Below are positions 52,403-64,000 of a stretch of 64,000 nt of DNA, piece after piece (position 1 is the first letter of the stretch; each line of letters starts with the position of its first letter). Under the pieces are notes generated by a model that searched no databases, was not told the DNA's origin, and saw only the letters and a program-made list of their open reading frames with translations. The DNA is from Callorhinchus milii (Eukaryota), in the NCBI RefSeq assembly GCF_018977255.1, contig NW_024704742.1, positions 15,066,001 to 15,130,000 on the forward strand, in the 5' to 3' direction. A program made the translations under genes and the position numbers.

Positions 52403-52666
52403 TGTCAGCCTGGCTCAGTCAGCAGTCCTCTTACCTCTGAGTCAGAAGCTTATGGGTTCAAGCCCCACGTAATCTGTCCAACAATCTCCCAAATTAAAAA
52501 AAATGGTCATTCATTTTATGACTGTTTGTGAAAGGTTGCTCTGCACAAATTGGCTTTGCTTTTGCCCATAAAATACACAGGCTCCCTACAGTAAACCCTG
52601 TGAAACATTTTGAGATGTCCTCCTGACGTGAAAGGCGTTATATCAAAAGTAAGGATTATTATTATT
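52403..52666 (+). mobile_element. SINE B with internal deletion
   Basis: Head joined directly to the 3' Deu/tail part. Confidence 0.75.
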
Positions 52667-52809
52667 GTAATTTAACTGTCTTCTTCAATGAATCTATGAA
52701 TTGAGATCACAAGAGCACAATATCACAAATGAGATTCAGGTGAGAAGGCCCTTCGGTCCATTTGATCTAATCCTGCCCTAATAACCAACCCTACCGTCCA
52801 ACCATTATA

Positions 52810-54880
52810 ACATCAAGCTGTTTTGTGAGCCAGTGCAGATTATTATAAAGTCCTGCCTCACTTGATTCATACTGTTTTGACTGTTTGTACAATGTGCCAC
52901 ATGCTCTTTTTTTTCTATACAGCTGCTGCAATGTATTGCTACAGAATTATCATCTGTGTGTAAGACTTTTCTAGGATTTTTTCCTTCAAATGTTTTTATA
53001 TAATCCAATTCAACAGATTAATGAAGTGTTACGTATCTTTCCTTTCAAAAAGTATTTGTATGGATATTGTAGGTAACATAGTGGTGGAGTTGTGCACCCA
53101 GAGCCATGTGTTGTTGTATGTTTATATGAGACTTGGAAATACAAGGATTATCCACCTCACTGGAAGGCATCAAATGCGATGCAGTACCTTGGCTGTTTAG
53201 AAATCAACATTTGGATCTAATGTTCAGGTTGTCATTCCATAAACTAGAGAAGCATTATAATTCACCAGTAATGGATAACATTAAAACAGAGCACAACTAT
53301 AGGTATTATTTTACATTTCAGAGGATTTATTGACTTGGACAGACCCAGATGTGCACTCCTTGCACCTAAGCCTGAACAAACTGAACTGTACTATGATATA
53401 CAGACATGATGCATTGGAATAATTTTTACGATAAGTGTTCCATGTACAGTGCAATTGCGAAAATAAATTTAACAAGAAAAAAGAGCCTTTAGAATCAAAC
53501 AATGTAAAATTGCATGGAATTTCTTTAAAAGCCTGACTTTCAGCAGCATTTTTGTTGTTGTGTTGTTTTTCGTTTTTGTTCCATTGCTTGCTGGCTGCTG
53601 CCTTTTGTCGTCACAGCATTAAGCTGCAAGTTTGAGTCATACATAGAAAGCACAGAAAACCATTGCCAATCATGCCAATACAAAGGCTATCTCCATACAA
53701 TACCATGCAATCCCCAGCCCTCCACCCACCACACCCCCCGATAAAATTGATTATTCATGTCATTGTTTGGGGGATGTTGCTGCACATTAATTGGCTGCCG
53801 CATTCACTTACAAAATGCACAGTCACTACACTGTGAATCCTGTGAAACACAACTTGCATTTACATAGCGCCATTCAGACAGAGAAGCGTCGTGGAGTGCT
53901 TGAAACACTTTGAGACTTCCGCTCGATCTGAAAGTCAATCTATTATAATCCTGGTCTCTAGTTCTTTTTTCTGTAAGCTTTTAAATATTTGTTCTTTCAT
54001 TACATTTGACATGAGATGTCAGCAGTGGTGTGGCATGATACAGGATTGTGAGAACTGCTTTCGTGTTGGTGGTGGCATTATAACTGAGACCATTATATTG
54101 AAGTGCGATATAATACGGTCACCCTGTATTGGAGTGTGGATATTTTCCTCCGGAGTGGATTTCTTGGGCCGCTGTGCCTTTTATTTTATTCCTGTCTTTG
54201 TTTGTCACTCGTGATAATTATCATATTGCAACATATTCTGCTCCTGGAGATGTACCAATCCATAATCCTTGCAAGGGCACACTCCATGGGGTTCCCCATC
54301 CCCACCCCCGGCCAACTCCCTTCAAATGGTTTTGCTCAAAGCTATTTTCTGCAGCCACTGAACCCAATGCCACTTTTGATACTGTTCAGCTGAAAATGAA
54401 ATGTTCAGCGTCCAGCAGCAAAAAAGTCTACAAATTCCAATTAGAATGACTCTAATTCCTCAACTGAAGAAGCCTGTTCTTCTGCAAAAAAAACTCTTAA
54501 AGAATCATGCAAATAAAGGATATGTTCACATTGGGGGCTTGCCTTCAAATACAGGCCTAGATGTTAGGATGAAAGTCTTTGCTCTCTGATGCCTGGAGCT
54601 GTCTCAACTCACTTTCTAAAGTTCATGATTTGACAGCAAAAAAACCGTCTCTAATTGATAATAAATTTTCACTCTGAATGACCACAAGACCAATGAATCG
54701 AAATGTCACTGTCTGCATTAGGCACTGTGCTCCTTGGACTTGGGTTTGTTTCGGTTGGAGCACATCTATAGTAGATTTAGCCTGTGCAGAAAGGGCAAAA
54801 GTGTCCCATTTGCCAGAAGGAACACAAATTCATGCAGAGAAAAACTTGCAGATTCTATTAGTACAAGGACAATGATAACT
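52810..54880 (-). pseudogene. Decayed exons covering about two modules
   Basis: VFLCMN..ETNPS..DISIHWS; ILYLHDSLRVFF; HWVQWLQKIA; YYIALQYNGLSY; CNERTNI; exon 53161-53243 FLNSQG..HLMP with ctctag and gtgagg sites; AIHCSSC. Confidence 0.65.
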
Positions 54881-55239
54881 GTCAACTTCAAGGAACTTTA
54901 CTGTAAACGTTACTCCAACCTCTCTGCTTTAAAAACCCAGCTTAAAACTGTTTGAGCATTCCTTCATCCACCATCCATTTATTCTCCATGTCTTCAACCC
55001 TGTTCAGGCTCCCACGCTATGGAAAAGGAGCTTCATATGTGCAAGTTATTGTTATTATCCACTATAAACTCTCAGGGAATAGAGGGGTATAGCAGAAGGT
55101 AGAGAAGAGGGGAAAAGGAGGGCTGGAACTTTTTGTGGAATATAAACACAGGCATAAATTAGTTGGGCTGAATAGACTGTTTCTGTGCTATACAGCAAAT
55201 GAGCAACTAGTGATTATTTTCATGAAGAGGAGATAACCA

Positions 55240-55790
55240 TGGAGCTGGACTGGCTCCAAGGTGACATGCTTAGCAATACAATGTCAGAATCAACTCAACC
55301 CTCACTGGTGGTCTCTGTAGTCTGGTTTCTGAACCAGGCACGTCTGTAGTACTCCACAGCATTGCTGATGACAGCCTCGCTAGCCTGGCTTATCAGTAAC
55401 ACGTGAAATAGCAGACCAGTCACTAGAATGGGATACTTTTCACTTAGCCTCTGCTAACCCTGCAATCCAATGCCCTAACAGGGTGATCCTAGCTGGACAA
55501 CCAGCAGGAAAGCTTCCTAGGTAGTGCTCTCAATGGCAAGCTTTGCAGTTTTAGCTGGTTAGGCTCCAGCAGTACCCCAATGCACATTCTGGGTCCCCAA
55601 GCATTGACTCTAGCTAGTCTGAGCGTAATACTTACCAGACTTTGGTGCACAGAATGCATCCCTCCAGGGAGTGATTGCCTGAGTATGTTCATGTGAAGAT
55701 TGGATGTATGGAACTCTCAGTTTGGCTTAGATACCCTTAAGCATGGTGATGGGTTTCCACATGTTGTCAACCACCCGCTGACCAAAAAAC
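55240..55790 (+). mobile_element. Family C, full-length-like copy
   Basis: tggagctggactggctccaagg ... gctgaccaaaaaa. Confidence 0.8.
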
Positions 55791-55859
55791 ATAAATGCTT
55801 TATTGTTCTATGTTATTCTGTTTAAACAAAAAAAATTCTGCTAGAGAGAGATATTTTAC

Positions 55860-58610
55860 TCCTGTTGCATTTCTTTCATCCCAGTAATTAGTGCATTTGA
55901 AATGTTACTTTAGGCAGCAATGAACTTAGATGTCACCGGTAGAGTGCAATAGATAGAAAATCCACTTGATTGATGAATGACAGGCATTTCAAGCATTTTT
56001 ATGGATGTTTTACTGATCCCAACAATTACCAAAGAGACGTATGGCTGGAAATCAGTCCTGCTGAGAGCAAGATTCAAGCCACGTTTGATGTGAAATGAAA
56101 TTAATAGCAGGTTCCAGCTGGTTTTACTCCCCCTGTTGATGGCAATCCTATAGAAGGATAAAAATCAGACCGGGGGTAACTGGAAGTTAGTTCCACTGCC
56201 TCACACTCATTTAGACCAGTCCATTACTTCCCCCAAGGCTGCCAGTAGCTCCCGATCACTGGCAATAGAGGCAGGAATTGTTATACTGTTAATGTTTTTC
56301 CTATTAACATAACATTAGAATGTACAAAAAAAATTGTGAATAGTGACACGCAGTGGGGTGGAAACTGGGACTTGTGATGCACTTATCTTCACATCTTTGA
56401 AACATGTAGTCAAGCCAGTCAATATCAAAACTATCCATGCCTTCTCATCACACTCACCACTAACTCCATCACAATAGTTGCTTCCACTGCACTTTCAGCA
56501 CAAGGCACTGGAGTGCAGGTTTGAAAAATACTGGCTTAACTCTGATTTTCTCGTGTTGAGTTAATATAATTCATGTCCCCCACGCTGCCTACCCAGCATC
56601 AGTGGGCAGGCCTTCAACTTTTCTTGAATGTCATCTGATGCTCAGGTGCAAACCCTCAACTATTCAGGACCTGGGACATCCTCCAACATGAAAGGTGCTG
56701 TATAAATGCAATCATTGTCAGTGTTGTATGTGATTCTTAATACAGCAAACACTCAACTTTCACACCAATAGTACAGTAATTTAATAGAGTATGTAGAAGG
56801 GAATTAGACAAGCATGTGAGATGCAAGGTTACTAGAGAGTCAAGATAAATAGATATTACAAAAGCACAAATTCCTTCTTTAGTTCATTCTTTCTTCTCTC
56901 CAATTCTAGGTAACCTCATTATGCAGCTCCAGAGACTATTATCTCCAGAGACTATTATCAGGTTCCAAAAGGCTTAAATGTCTACTCCCACCTGTACAGA
57001 GATATCAACAACAACTTGTATTGATAATGCACCCTTTACAAAGGATAATAATAATAATGCATGCATTTGATATTGTGCCTTGTCATGTCAAAGCATTTCA
57101 CAGAACTGCAAGGTAAGTTAAAATGTATACTGCAAAGTGAATTGACTGTATATTTGTCTTGGAGCACATAACTAATTGGGTCAGGCACTGAGCAGATGGA
57201 GATGAGAGGGGGGAAGAGGGGAATGATTGCAGGTATGGTTGAAGACGTTTTAAGGAAGGATTTAGAAATAGATAGCGAGAGGGCAGGATTGAGGGCTAGA
57301 TAGAAGGAATTCCAGAGGTTAGGGTCTTAGTAACTGAAGCATATTTGCATAACTTTTCCTGTTATTGGGTCATCTGATGGACAACTATCATTTACATTTA
57401 AAGCTACTAAGACTAGCATCATTATTTTATATAGGTAAATTAAAACATATAAATGATATTTTGGTTGACAGCCTGGTTGGAGTACAGTCTGTCCAGTGTA
57501 TTCCTTGTGGTCCAGGGATTATGATTGTTGGTATTCCTTTGTGTGTAGATTGTGTGTATGAGTGTGTGTTTGTATATGTGTGTGTATGGGGTGGGGGGTG
57601 GCATAAACATGCCTCACAATGCTTTGTCCAATTCCTTGCAGTTTAATGGGAGGAAGGAAATCAGCCTTATTGCACTGGTTGATTTAGTGACTGTTGGAAT
57701 TAATGCAAAACATTTTCTGACCGCATCAATAAGGCCTGTCTGGAGTTTTTTTTATCTAGCCGAGACTCTGTCTGTAAAGGAAAAGCACAAAAAATACCAA
57801 ACCCATTTTATATGAAATGCTCACTGAAGATAACAATTTTTAGGATGTTGTTTTTAAGTTACAGTGCTGAAAAACATAAATAAATCAGAAGCAATAAACA
57901 ATATATTCTATCCCTCCTTGTCAGTATCTAAATATTAAAAACCAGTCGGGCACCAAAATGTGAATCAATCATGTTGATGAAATGACAACCATATTTGCTA
58001 GAAAACAGATCACATGGGATCCACAGACTAAATAATAATAAATAATCATCCTTGCATTGGTTATAGCACCTTTCATATCGGGAGGGCATCTCAAAGTGCT
58101 TCACAGGGTTACTGTGAAGTGTGACTTTGTATTTTGTAGAAGAACGCTGCAGTCAATTGACTCTCAATGCACTGGAATTTTGTGCACAGCAAAGTCCCAT
58201 AAAAAGCCATGAAGTGAATAACCAATTTAAACAGGGGGGTTGTTGACCAGAACACTGGGAGAAATTGCCTTCTCTCTCTTTCAATTTAGGTCATAAACAC
58301 AATGCTTTCACATTTTTCAGTGCATGTTTTAATGTTAGCATAATTTGTTTCAAAGAATAAGTTTAATGCCCTTACTGAAAAACATCCTAACGAATGGATG
58401 AACTGTGAATATGATGACTATAGTTTTTTAAATGTATTATTTCCAATTAAAATATTACTATATCTACGGGCAATGGATGGCACTGTGTACATTAACCTGA
58501 CATAATTCTACAGAACAACAGATACAATTGAACAAACAAATATTCTTCCTGTCTCAAGCATTGTAGTCTTTTCGCACCTCCCATTCCATTACTACATTAC
58601 ATGCTACATT
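55860..58610 (-). pseudogene. Decayed exon pieces (58497-58610; 57345-57771; 55860-56040)
   Basis: ICLFNCICCSVELCQ; strong ttttcctttacag acceptor at 57772 then TGLIDAVRKCF..NQCNK; SGFSIYCTLP. Confidence 0.55.
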
Positions 58611-59297
58611 TGAAACAAGAAAAGATTTCCTCCCAGTAGCCAGAACAACAATCAATCCTCCAGATATAATCAATCATTAACTTCATGGCAGTTTGTGGGA
58701 CATTGCTGTGTGTAAATTGGCTGCCGTGTTCTCAATCACACAGTTACTACGGTAAAATTTACTGTAAAATCAGGTGAAGTACTTTGAGTGGTATTGACAA
58801 CATGATTAAGCACTATATCAAAAGCATGGGTTATTATTATAACATTCTGATTGTCCTCGAATTGCCAAGTGCAAAATTAAATTGTCTTTAGCAGCACAAA
58901 AGGCATCCTGGCTTCTGCCACCTTCCTGAATTGCCCATTTCAGCTGTTAATTACCTGCTATGTACAAAAACATTGACCTACTTCTATCCCTTGCTTTTGC
59001 CATTCTCCTTCCGCTCTTTGGAACTCCATTTTGGAGTCCCTCCTACTCATTCCCTCCCTCCCCTTATTTTTTGATTGTGCTTTCGATCAACTTTCGTCTT
59101 CCCACCCCCTTCGATTCGCACTGCCAGCAGTATTGTGAAAGNTTTTTTTTATGTAAATGTTATTGTATTGTAATTAATGACTGAAATGGGTTACCAGGAG
59201 GAATATATGAGGCCAGGACACTGGATGCATTTAAAAATAACAGTTTGAAAAGGGATTGACCATTAACTGGCAACACACCCATTTTGGGAAGGGTATA

Positions 59298-59314
59298 CTG
59301 CCACCTAGTGGTCA
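59298..59314 (-). promoter_or_regulatory. CTCF-type motif
   Basis: Reverse complement reads tgaccactaggtggcag. Confidence 0.6.
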
Positions 59315-60699
59315 AGAGTTTTTGCTGGCGATAGTTTCTAAACGCTGCAGAAATTATCTCACTATTCTAAAAAAATGTAAAGAAATTAAAATCCAAATTT
59401 TGCCTGCCTATCATATACAAGTCCAAGCAACATTTTAGCAAATTCCTGTGACCTTATCCAGAATTATACGTCACCCAGACTTGTGAGACATCAGCTCTGA
59501 CCTGAAATTTCAGAAGTGCACACTTCGCTGGTCTCCCTAGCTCAGGTTTAATAATGATCCTTGCATTTGGTCTAGTTCCTTTCATGTCAGGATGGAGTCC
59601 CACAGTGTTTCATAGGTTATATCGTATATTGGAGTGACTATGGTAGTTTTGTGGGTAACAGTCTACCTTCTCAAGCAAATCTGTGGCCCCCTTCTCCCTT
59701 TCCCTTCCCGTTTCTTCAGTGTCTAACTCCATCCTTATAAAGCATTCCTACACAATACTCAATAAATGAAATATACTATATAAATGCAAGTTGGTTCCCT
59801 GCTGAAAATGGGGTTAATGCTTTTGAGATGCTATTTCTCGTATCAAATGCTTGTAACCGCATTCACCACCAATGCATTTTCAGCCCCAGTGTTGCTCTGA
59901 AGCATTTTCTGAAACTTTTATATCCCATCATTTCTGCCTCACTTCCATTCCATCATCTCGCAGCTGGGACTTTTTCTCAGCTGCTGTCAATGCCTCTCAA
60001 TAGCATTCAATAACCTCCCACCCTGACATTTCACCTCCCCTGAGATAGAGTACTGCTCCCCCATGATTCATTCCCTCTAATGGTCCAGCTGAGATCCAGG
60101 AAAGTACCTCCGTTGGGTATAGCCAGGTTAAGCTGCCTTTTGAGCCTGAGTCACCAGCAGGGGAGTCCAGCCATTAGAAACTAAATCTAAAACATTGACG
60201 TGCAGTCTTGATGGGTTTTGCTCTCATTCCTCTGGTAACTATTTCTTTGAAATCTTTAATCTGATCCAAAACATGTTTATGCTTTTTGGGAGTCAGTCGA
60301 GTGTCTAATACAAATGTAAACCCATCATCATGCTTAAGAGTATTGAAACAAGACTGCAAGTTCCATATAATCATACCAGCTACACATAGAAATGTCCCTT
60401 TAGCTGGAATGGAATGGATACTCTCCTCCTGGAAGGACACACCCTGATTATCCAATTGTGGAACGTACTAAGTGCAGGTTGACAGGAGCAAAAATAGCAG
60501 CAGACCATACACCCATTGCATGGTGAAGAAAAACTGAAGTGCAAACATGCTATCAACCAGTAATTGTCTTGCCTACAAAGTTATTTTTTAAACAAGATAA
60601 CAAGTGATGTCAACCTTAAGTTAACATTAAGCTCAGTAGAAAGATGAGTAATATGGACCAAAACTGCTTTTCTTAACTGATAGGCTGTATGTGGTGAGG

Positions 60700-61010
60700 G
60701 AAAGGTTATATGAGTATTTGAGGATCATCAATGCAATATCAAAATCCTTTAGAACTCTCAAAACAAATGATACATAGTGGTGATATTAGTCAATTTCAAA
60801 CACACTCAGCTAATGTCTGCACATATTCATGAGAGCTGAATGTGTAATTCCAGCAGTCAGATTATGTGGCGACAGTAGGGGAGATGTGGTTTGGAGAGTA
60901 TAGAATGACTAATTCCCCTAAATACCGTAATACTCATTTCAGTTTGCTTGCTTTCTAGCCTTTATGTAGATGAAACCTTGCATGCAAAATGTAAATATTG
61001 CTAGATTCTA
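60700..61010 (-). pseudogene. Decayed exon piece (QGFIYIKARKQAN*)
   Basis: GFIYIK matches GFKYIK (1.16 kb) and RKQAN* matches RRQANYW (37.0 kb). Confidence 0.55.
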
Positions 61011-61497
61011 TGAAGGTCAGAGCACATATTATAAACTACTACATGGGGTAGTTCAATATTGTATATATACGTATATAAACTACTGTACATGGAATGCTTT
61101 TTTGGACATCATCCTTGGATTTCAATAGCTATAAATCACTTGTAGTTTATAAAATCATATGAATCCCATGATGAGATTTCTGTATTATAATCACTCCAAG
61201 TATCCATTATTGTCTCTCTAATGACATTATAGAATTGCATCGATTTATTCTCATTAATCCTGCTCCTTTTTGAATTACTGCAGGAAATTAAAATGTGCTT
61301 GAAGCTGACACTGATTTCAGAACCAGATATATTGCGAGCAAATGATCTGAAATGATTTACCGTTTAAAACTGTGAGAATATTAACTGCAAAATTAATCTA
61401 TTTACCATTTCCCCCTGAGCCTCTAGATTGCTACCTTGCTTTATCATTTGTCGTTAATTGTAAATCATATTCTGGGACTTCTCCATTCCCTAGTCAT

Positions 61498-61870
61498 AAT
61501 AATATAATAATAATCCTTGCATTTGTTATAGCGCCTTGTCATGTCTTTGAAAAGTCTCAAAGTGCTTCACAGAATATATTGTAAAGAGAATTGACTGTAT
61601 ATTTTGTGGACAAAACGCGGCAGCCAATAACGCACAGCAGTGTCCCACGAACAGTCGTGGATTGATTTTTTAAAATATATTTTTTAAAGGATAATTACCC
61701 CGGAAAAGTGATCCACCAATTGTCAAACAACTGGGTTCCTATTTACTGCTAGGTAAACAGAGACTTGTGAAGTATGGAAACCTACCCAACGTTTCACCCT
61801 GCCCGGGAATCAAAATCGGGTCCTCTTGCTTGTGAGGCGAGTGCTCTAACCACTTAGCTACAGGACTCCA
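61498..61870 (-). mobile_element. SINE A, long variant
   Basis: Ends agctacaggactcca. Confidence 0.85.
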
Positions 61871-62299
61871 CTAGTCATCCAATGTCTCATTAACATTGTG
61901 GGTTGAAAATCAAATCTATGATGAAATATTACATTGTTTCATCCACTTGTATCCATTCCAACCAATTTAAGCTTTCAAAATTGCTCAAAATGTGTTGATC
62001 TCTAAGAGTTCCCCTATTGAATAAGTTGTTGGCTTTCAAAGACATTGCAGGTAACAACTTCTAAAGAACAGTCTCGTGGTTTATTGTCCAGTCATTCCAC
62101 TTCACAAAATATTCCGTGAAGGGCTTTGAGGCATCTCAGCGAGGTGATAAGGTGCGATATCAAATGCAAGAATCATTATATTATTATGTACAACACACAG
62201 TCGTGAGATTTCTGTTTGGACCCAACTTCTAACCAGGTCTGAAATCTCATGTGAGTGCTATATAGGAAACTCTCCGGAGAAAACATTGTTTATGTTGGA

Positions 62300-62800
62300 C
62301 GTGTTTCTGTTGCGCTCACACAGAGTGACTGCCACAAGAATGCTTCTTAGACATCTCTCTCAGAAGTGGGATCCAGAAGCAAGCAGCTGAGTCAGACTGC
62401 AACACAGTGTGCTGCTCTTTCTCCAGTGCTATCCTCTTCTCATCAGCAGAGGGCAAAAACATTCCATTTTTAAATATCCTCAGTTTCAAAACACGTCGGT
62501 TACTGTATAAAGAGTTGCTGCTATGTTGATAGAACAAAGGCCTGCACCTAAATGATTCATCACTATTAAATAAAAAATAGTGTGGAATACATCCTTTACT
62601 TTGTGGGTAGGGGTGCGAGGCAAGTTTTGGGGGGGTTGTAACACATGATCCAGATTTGAAAATGAACACCATCTACTTTGAAGGAATGAGGGAGAATACT
62701 TTGTCCAGAGGTTCTGAAGATTCCATATCGACCCCATTGACAAGCAGTTTCCACACTTAAACTAAACCCATCGTTAAAGCTAGGTTTTAAGGACATGATT
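62300..62800 (-). pseudogene. Decayed exon, most upstream module seen
   Basis: Overlapping ORFs 62486..62743 (NLQNLWTKYSPSFLQS) and 62316..62672 (IPHYFLFNSDESFRCRP..HTVLQSDSAACFW..KKHSC) joined by a frameshift. Confidence 0.7.
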
Positions 62801-62824
62801 TCTGTTCACAGGTTTATATGGCTA

Positions 62825-63584
62825 CATTCTCTCGTCTGAGTCAGAAGGTTGTGGCTTCAAGCCCGATGTCTGGACTTTGAACTCACATAGACGAGGCTGT
62901 CACTCCAATACAATGCTTGGGGTGCATTGTTGGAGATACCATCCATTCGGATCAGATGTTAAACCTGTACAGCTGGATGTTAAAGATCACATGGCACAAT
63001 TTGAAAAGAGAAAGGAGTTTCTCACAGGGTCCTGCCAACAAGGTGATTCACTTTGTGGCTGTATGTAGGACATTGCTAAATGCAAACAGCTGTTGTTTTC
63101 ACTTATACATACAATTTACAGAATTCCACATTATAGAAAAACTGTGAAGCTCTTTTGAGATTTTTTATTAATAATAATAATCATCATTGCATTTGGTATA
63201 GTGCATTTCAGGTCATGAGGGCATCCCAAAGCAATTCACAAGATGTTATTGTAAATAGGAATGACTGTATTTATTGGCAGCCAATTTGCACACAGCAATA
63301 TCCCACAAACAGCCATGAAGTAAATGACCAATTTTGTTTTGGGGGATTGTCAGCCAGGATATCAGGAGAAACTCTCTTCTCTTTTAGAATGGTGCCATGG
63401 GGTCTTTATCATCCACCTGAACAGGCAGACAGATGTTGGGTTAACATCTCCTCCAAAGGACGACACCTCCAACAATGCAGCACCAGCACAGCTTTGAAGT
63501 GTCAGCTTAGACTATATCAGTTCCAGTCCCAAAGTGGGCCTTCTGACCCAGAGGCAAGCGTGCTACCACTGAGGCAGGCTGACA
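62825..63584. mobile_element. Two SINE B copies, tail to tail (62825-63160 plus; 63170-63584 minus)
   Basis: ctgagtcagaaggttgtgg head on the left, ccttctgacccagaggc..ggctgaca on the right. Confidence 0.8.
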
Positions 63585-64000
63585 TGTGATAAGCTGCTAT
63601 ATCAAATTCACCAACTTGCATTTATATAACGTTCTTCACACAGGATAACAACATAAATCACTGCTCAGTGGCTGGGTTGGATGCATGGATTATTAGTTTG
63701 TTATTGTCACGTACTTCTTTGTATATTTCTAACCATCCTCATTTTGTCTACTTGTAATAATAATAGTAATCCTTACATTTGATATGGTGGTTTCACATTG
63801 GGAACATATTTCAATAGCATTTTACAGGATATACTGTAAAGTCTAGTGACTGTATTTTGTAGATGAATGAAAGATCTATGAGAGTTCCTTCTTTTTGGGA
63901 CAGAAGGTAGAAATAATTGCAATGCAACTTCAGGACTGAGGTGACTGTTGCAGAATGTATGCTACAGAAAATCCCCCTAATCTTTTTTATGTTAATTTGT

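Larger units (their letters stand above)
60..62800 (-). pseudogene. Giant multi-exon unprocessed pseudogene encoding ~18-20 tandem ~300-aa modules (uncharacterised ANYW-motif domain + VWDE-like IPT/Cys-rich segment)
   Basis: The same ordered peptide motifs recur on the minus strand only, from 62.8 kb to 0.1 kb. Several segments have AG acceptors and GT donors with matching phases (4015->2915->2378; 964->806; 29328->28618; 28105->27145; 25139->24860). In-frame stops, frameshifts and TE insertions are numerous. The gene probably extends beyond the window. Confidence 0.85.

Overview
Eukaryotic, AT-rich vertebrate genomic DNA. It is most likely a cartilaginous fish, inferred from tRNA-headed Deu-domain SINEs with L2-type 3' tails plus L2 and CR1 fragments. 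No intact protein-coding gene, RNA gene or CRISPR array is visible. The listed ORFs are chance ORFs, TE fragments or pieces of decayed exons. The main hidden feature is a giant, intron-containing, decayed gene (unprocessed pseudogene) on the minus strand that runs across essentially the whole window (about 62.8 kb down to about 0.06 kb). Manual translation recovers dozens of exon-like segments, several with GT-AG sites and matching splice phases. Together they encode roughly 18-20 diverged tandem copies of one ~300-aa module. The first half carries the motifs W-F..C..YW, LWYLN..PL..FYNVE, NGPP..IWG..YI and R..ANYW..RM..L.A.E. The second half is an IPT/TIG-like plus Cys-rich segment resembling, from memory, part of VWDE. 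The segments carry stops, frameshifts and TE insertions. The introns hold two SINE families, an unclassified ~550-bp element, a palindromic MITE family, L2/CR1/RTE remnants, nested insertions, two convergent CTCF-type motifs and a few enhancer-like islands. All coordinates were read by hand; TE ends and decayed exon ends are approximate.
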